Origin: Candidatus Omnitrophota bacterium
GTDB lineage: Bacteria; Omnitrophota; Gorgyraeia; Pluralincolimonadales; Pluralincolimonadaceae
Direction: 5' to 3'
DNA length: 64,000 nt
Assembly: GCA_028716565.1 (NCBI GenBank)
Contig: JAQUPL010000004.1
Span: forward strand, 68,236-132,235
This document shows positions 63,837 through 64,000 of the stretch, in pieces; positions within the stretch are counted from its first letter, which is position 1; each line of letters begins with the position of its first letter. The notes under the pieces were generated by a model. The model made no database searches. It worked only from the letters and a program-made list of their open reading frames with translations, and had not been told where the DNA came from. Both the position numbers and the translations under genes were made by a program.

Positions 63837-64000
63837 TATACCTGACCAGGTACTTCCCGTCAAAATAAAGATACTGTGTCTTTGTGAGGTAACCCTCGTC
63901 TACCGGCAGGCCGCTCATCCTCCCGTAATATGTCCATCTCTCCTTCGCGTTGCCCCATTTGCCGGTATTGTCAAATTCCTTCAAGTCCGGTTCTCCCCAT
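63829..64000 (-). CDS. Hypothetical protein, C-terminal fragment. The gene continues past the window end.
   Basis: The minus-strand frame is open from the window edge to the TGA at 63829-63831 (...WGEPDLKEFDNTGKWGNAKERWTYYGRMSGLPVDEGYLTKTQYLYFDGKYLVRYNE). Confidence 0.35.
   Translation of the reverse strand, partial: WGEPDLKEFDNTGKWGNAKERWTYYGRMSGLPVDEGYLTKTQYLYFDGKYLVRYNE

Noticed and set aside
1-64000. A scan by eye for tRNA/rRNA, CRISPR repeats, IS elements and integrases
   Set aside because: No cloverleaf-like GC-rich 75-90-nt intergenic segments were seen. No regularly spaced short repeats or transposase or integrase-like ORFs were seen. Coding density of about 95% leaves little room for them.

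Overview
The window carries 64 kb of a Gram-negative-type bacterial chromosome at about 50% GC. An outer membrane is implied by TolC, Wza and HlyD. Nearly every gene from 1 to 58.9 kb lies on the minus strand, and the last 5 kb switches to the plus strand. I found no rRNA, tRNA, CRISPR array, transposase or integrase.

Gene content runs as follows (numbers in kb):
- 0-14.3: a partial secreted glycoside hydrolase, a small exosortase-associated-type secreted protein, NifU-like, QueH and a DUF1349 lectin-like protein. Next comes a TetR-regulated efflux operon (TetR, HlyD adaptor, ABC ATPase, ABC-2 permease, TolC) with a clear promoter and a perfect 26-bp operator palindrome. This is followed by a secreted GH16 plus discoidin glucanase, GalT, TerC, a ThiF/MoeB E1-like enzyme with an adjacent JAMM/MPN peptidase, and a PiT phosphate transporter.
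- 14.3-45.9: NagA, then an exopolysaccharide or surface-glycan locus of the exosortase/PEP-CTERM flavour. It holds five GT4, two GT9, two GT2 and a dual GT-B enzyme, two AsnB-type amidotransferases (one fused to GT9), two B12-binding radical SAM enzymes, four SAM methyltransferases (one fused to GT4) and two CgeB-like paralogs. It also holds a Wzx flippase, a Wzy/O-antigen-ligase-like protein, a Wzc-like tyrosine kinase, a Wza exporter, an NTP_transf_5 nucleotidyltransferase and an ABC-2 exporter.
- 45.8-58.9: a tight minus-strand unit. A 3424-aa secreted giant protein has a CBM-like N-terminus, about 2000 aa of beta-helix-type repeats and a C-terminal gingipain-like (C25) cysteine-peptidase domain. 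It is followed with translational coupling by an HprK-like P-loop kinase, a PqqD-family peptide chaperone and a radical SAM/SPASM maturase, then by an S24/S26 serine peptidase. This looks like an undescribed protein- or peptide-modification system attached to a giant surface protein.
- 59.1-64: WbqC, a PIG-L deacetylase, a WecA/MraY-type sugar-1-phosphate transferase, an ExeA-like (PEP-CTERM-locus-type) AAA ATPase, an HD-GYP protein and small ORFs.
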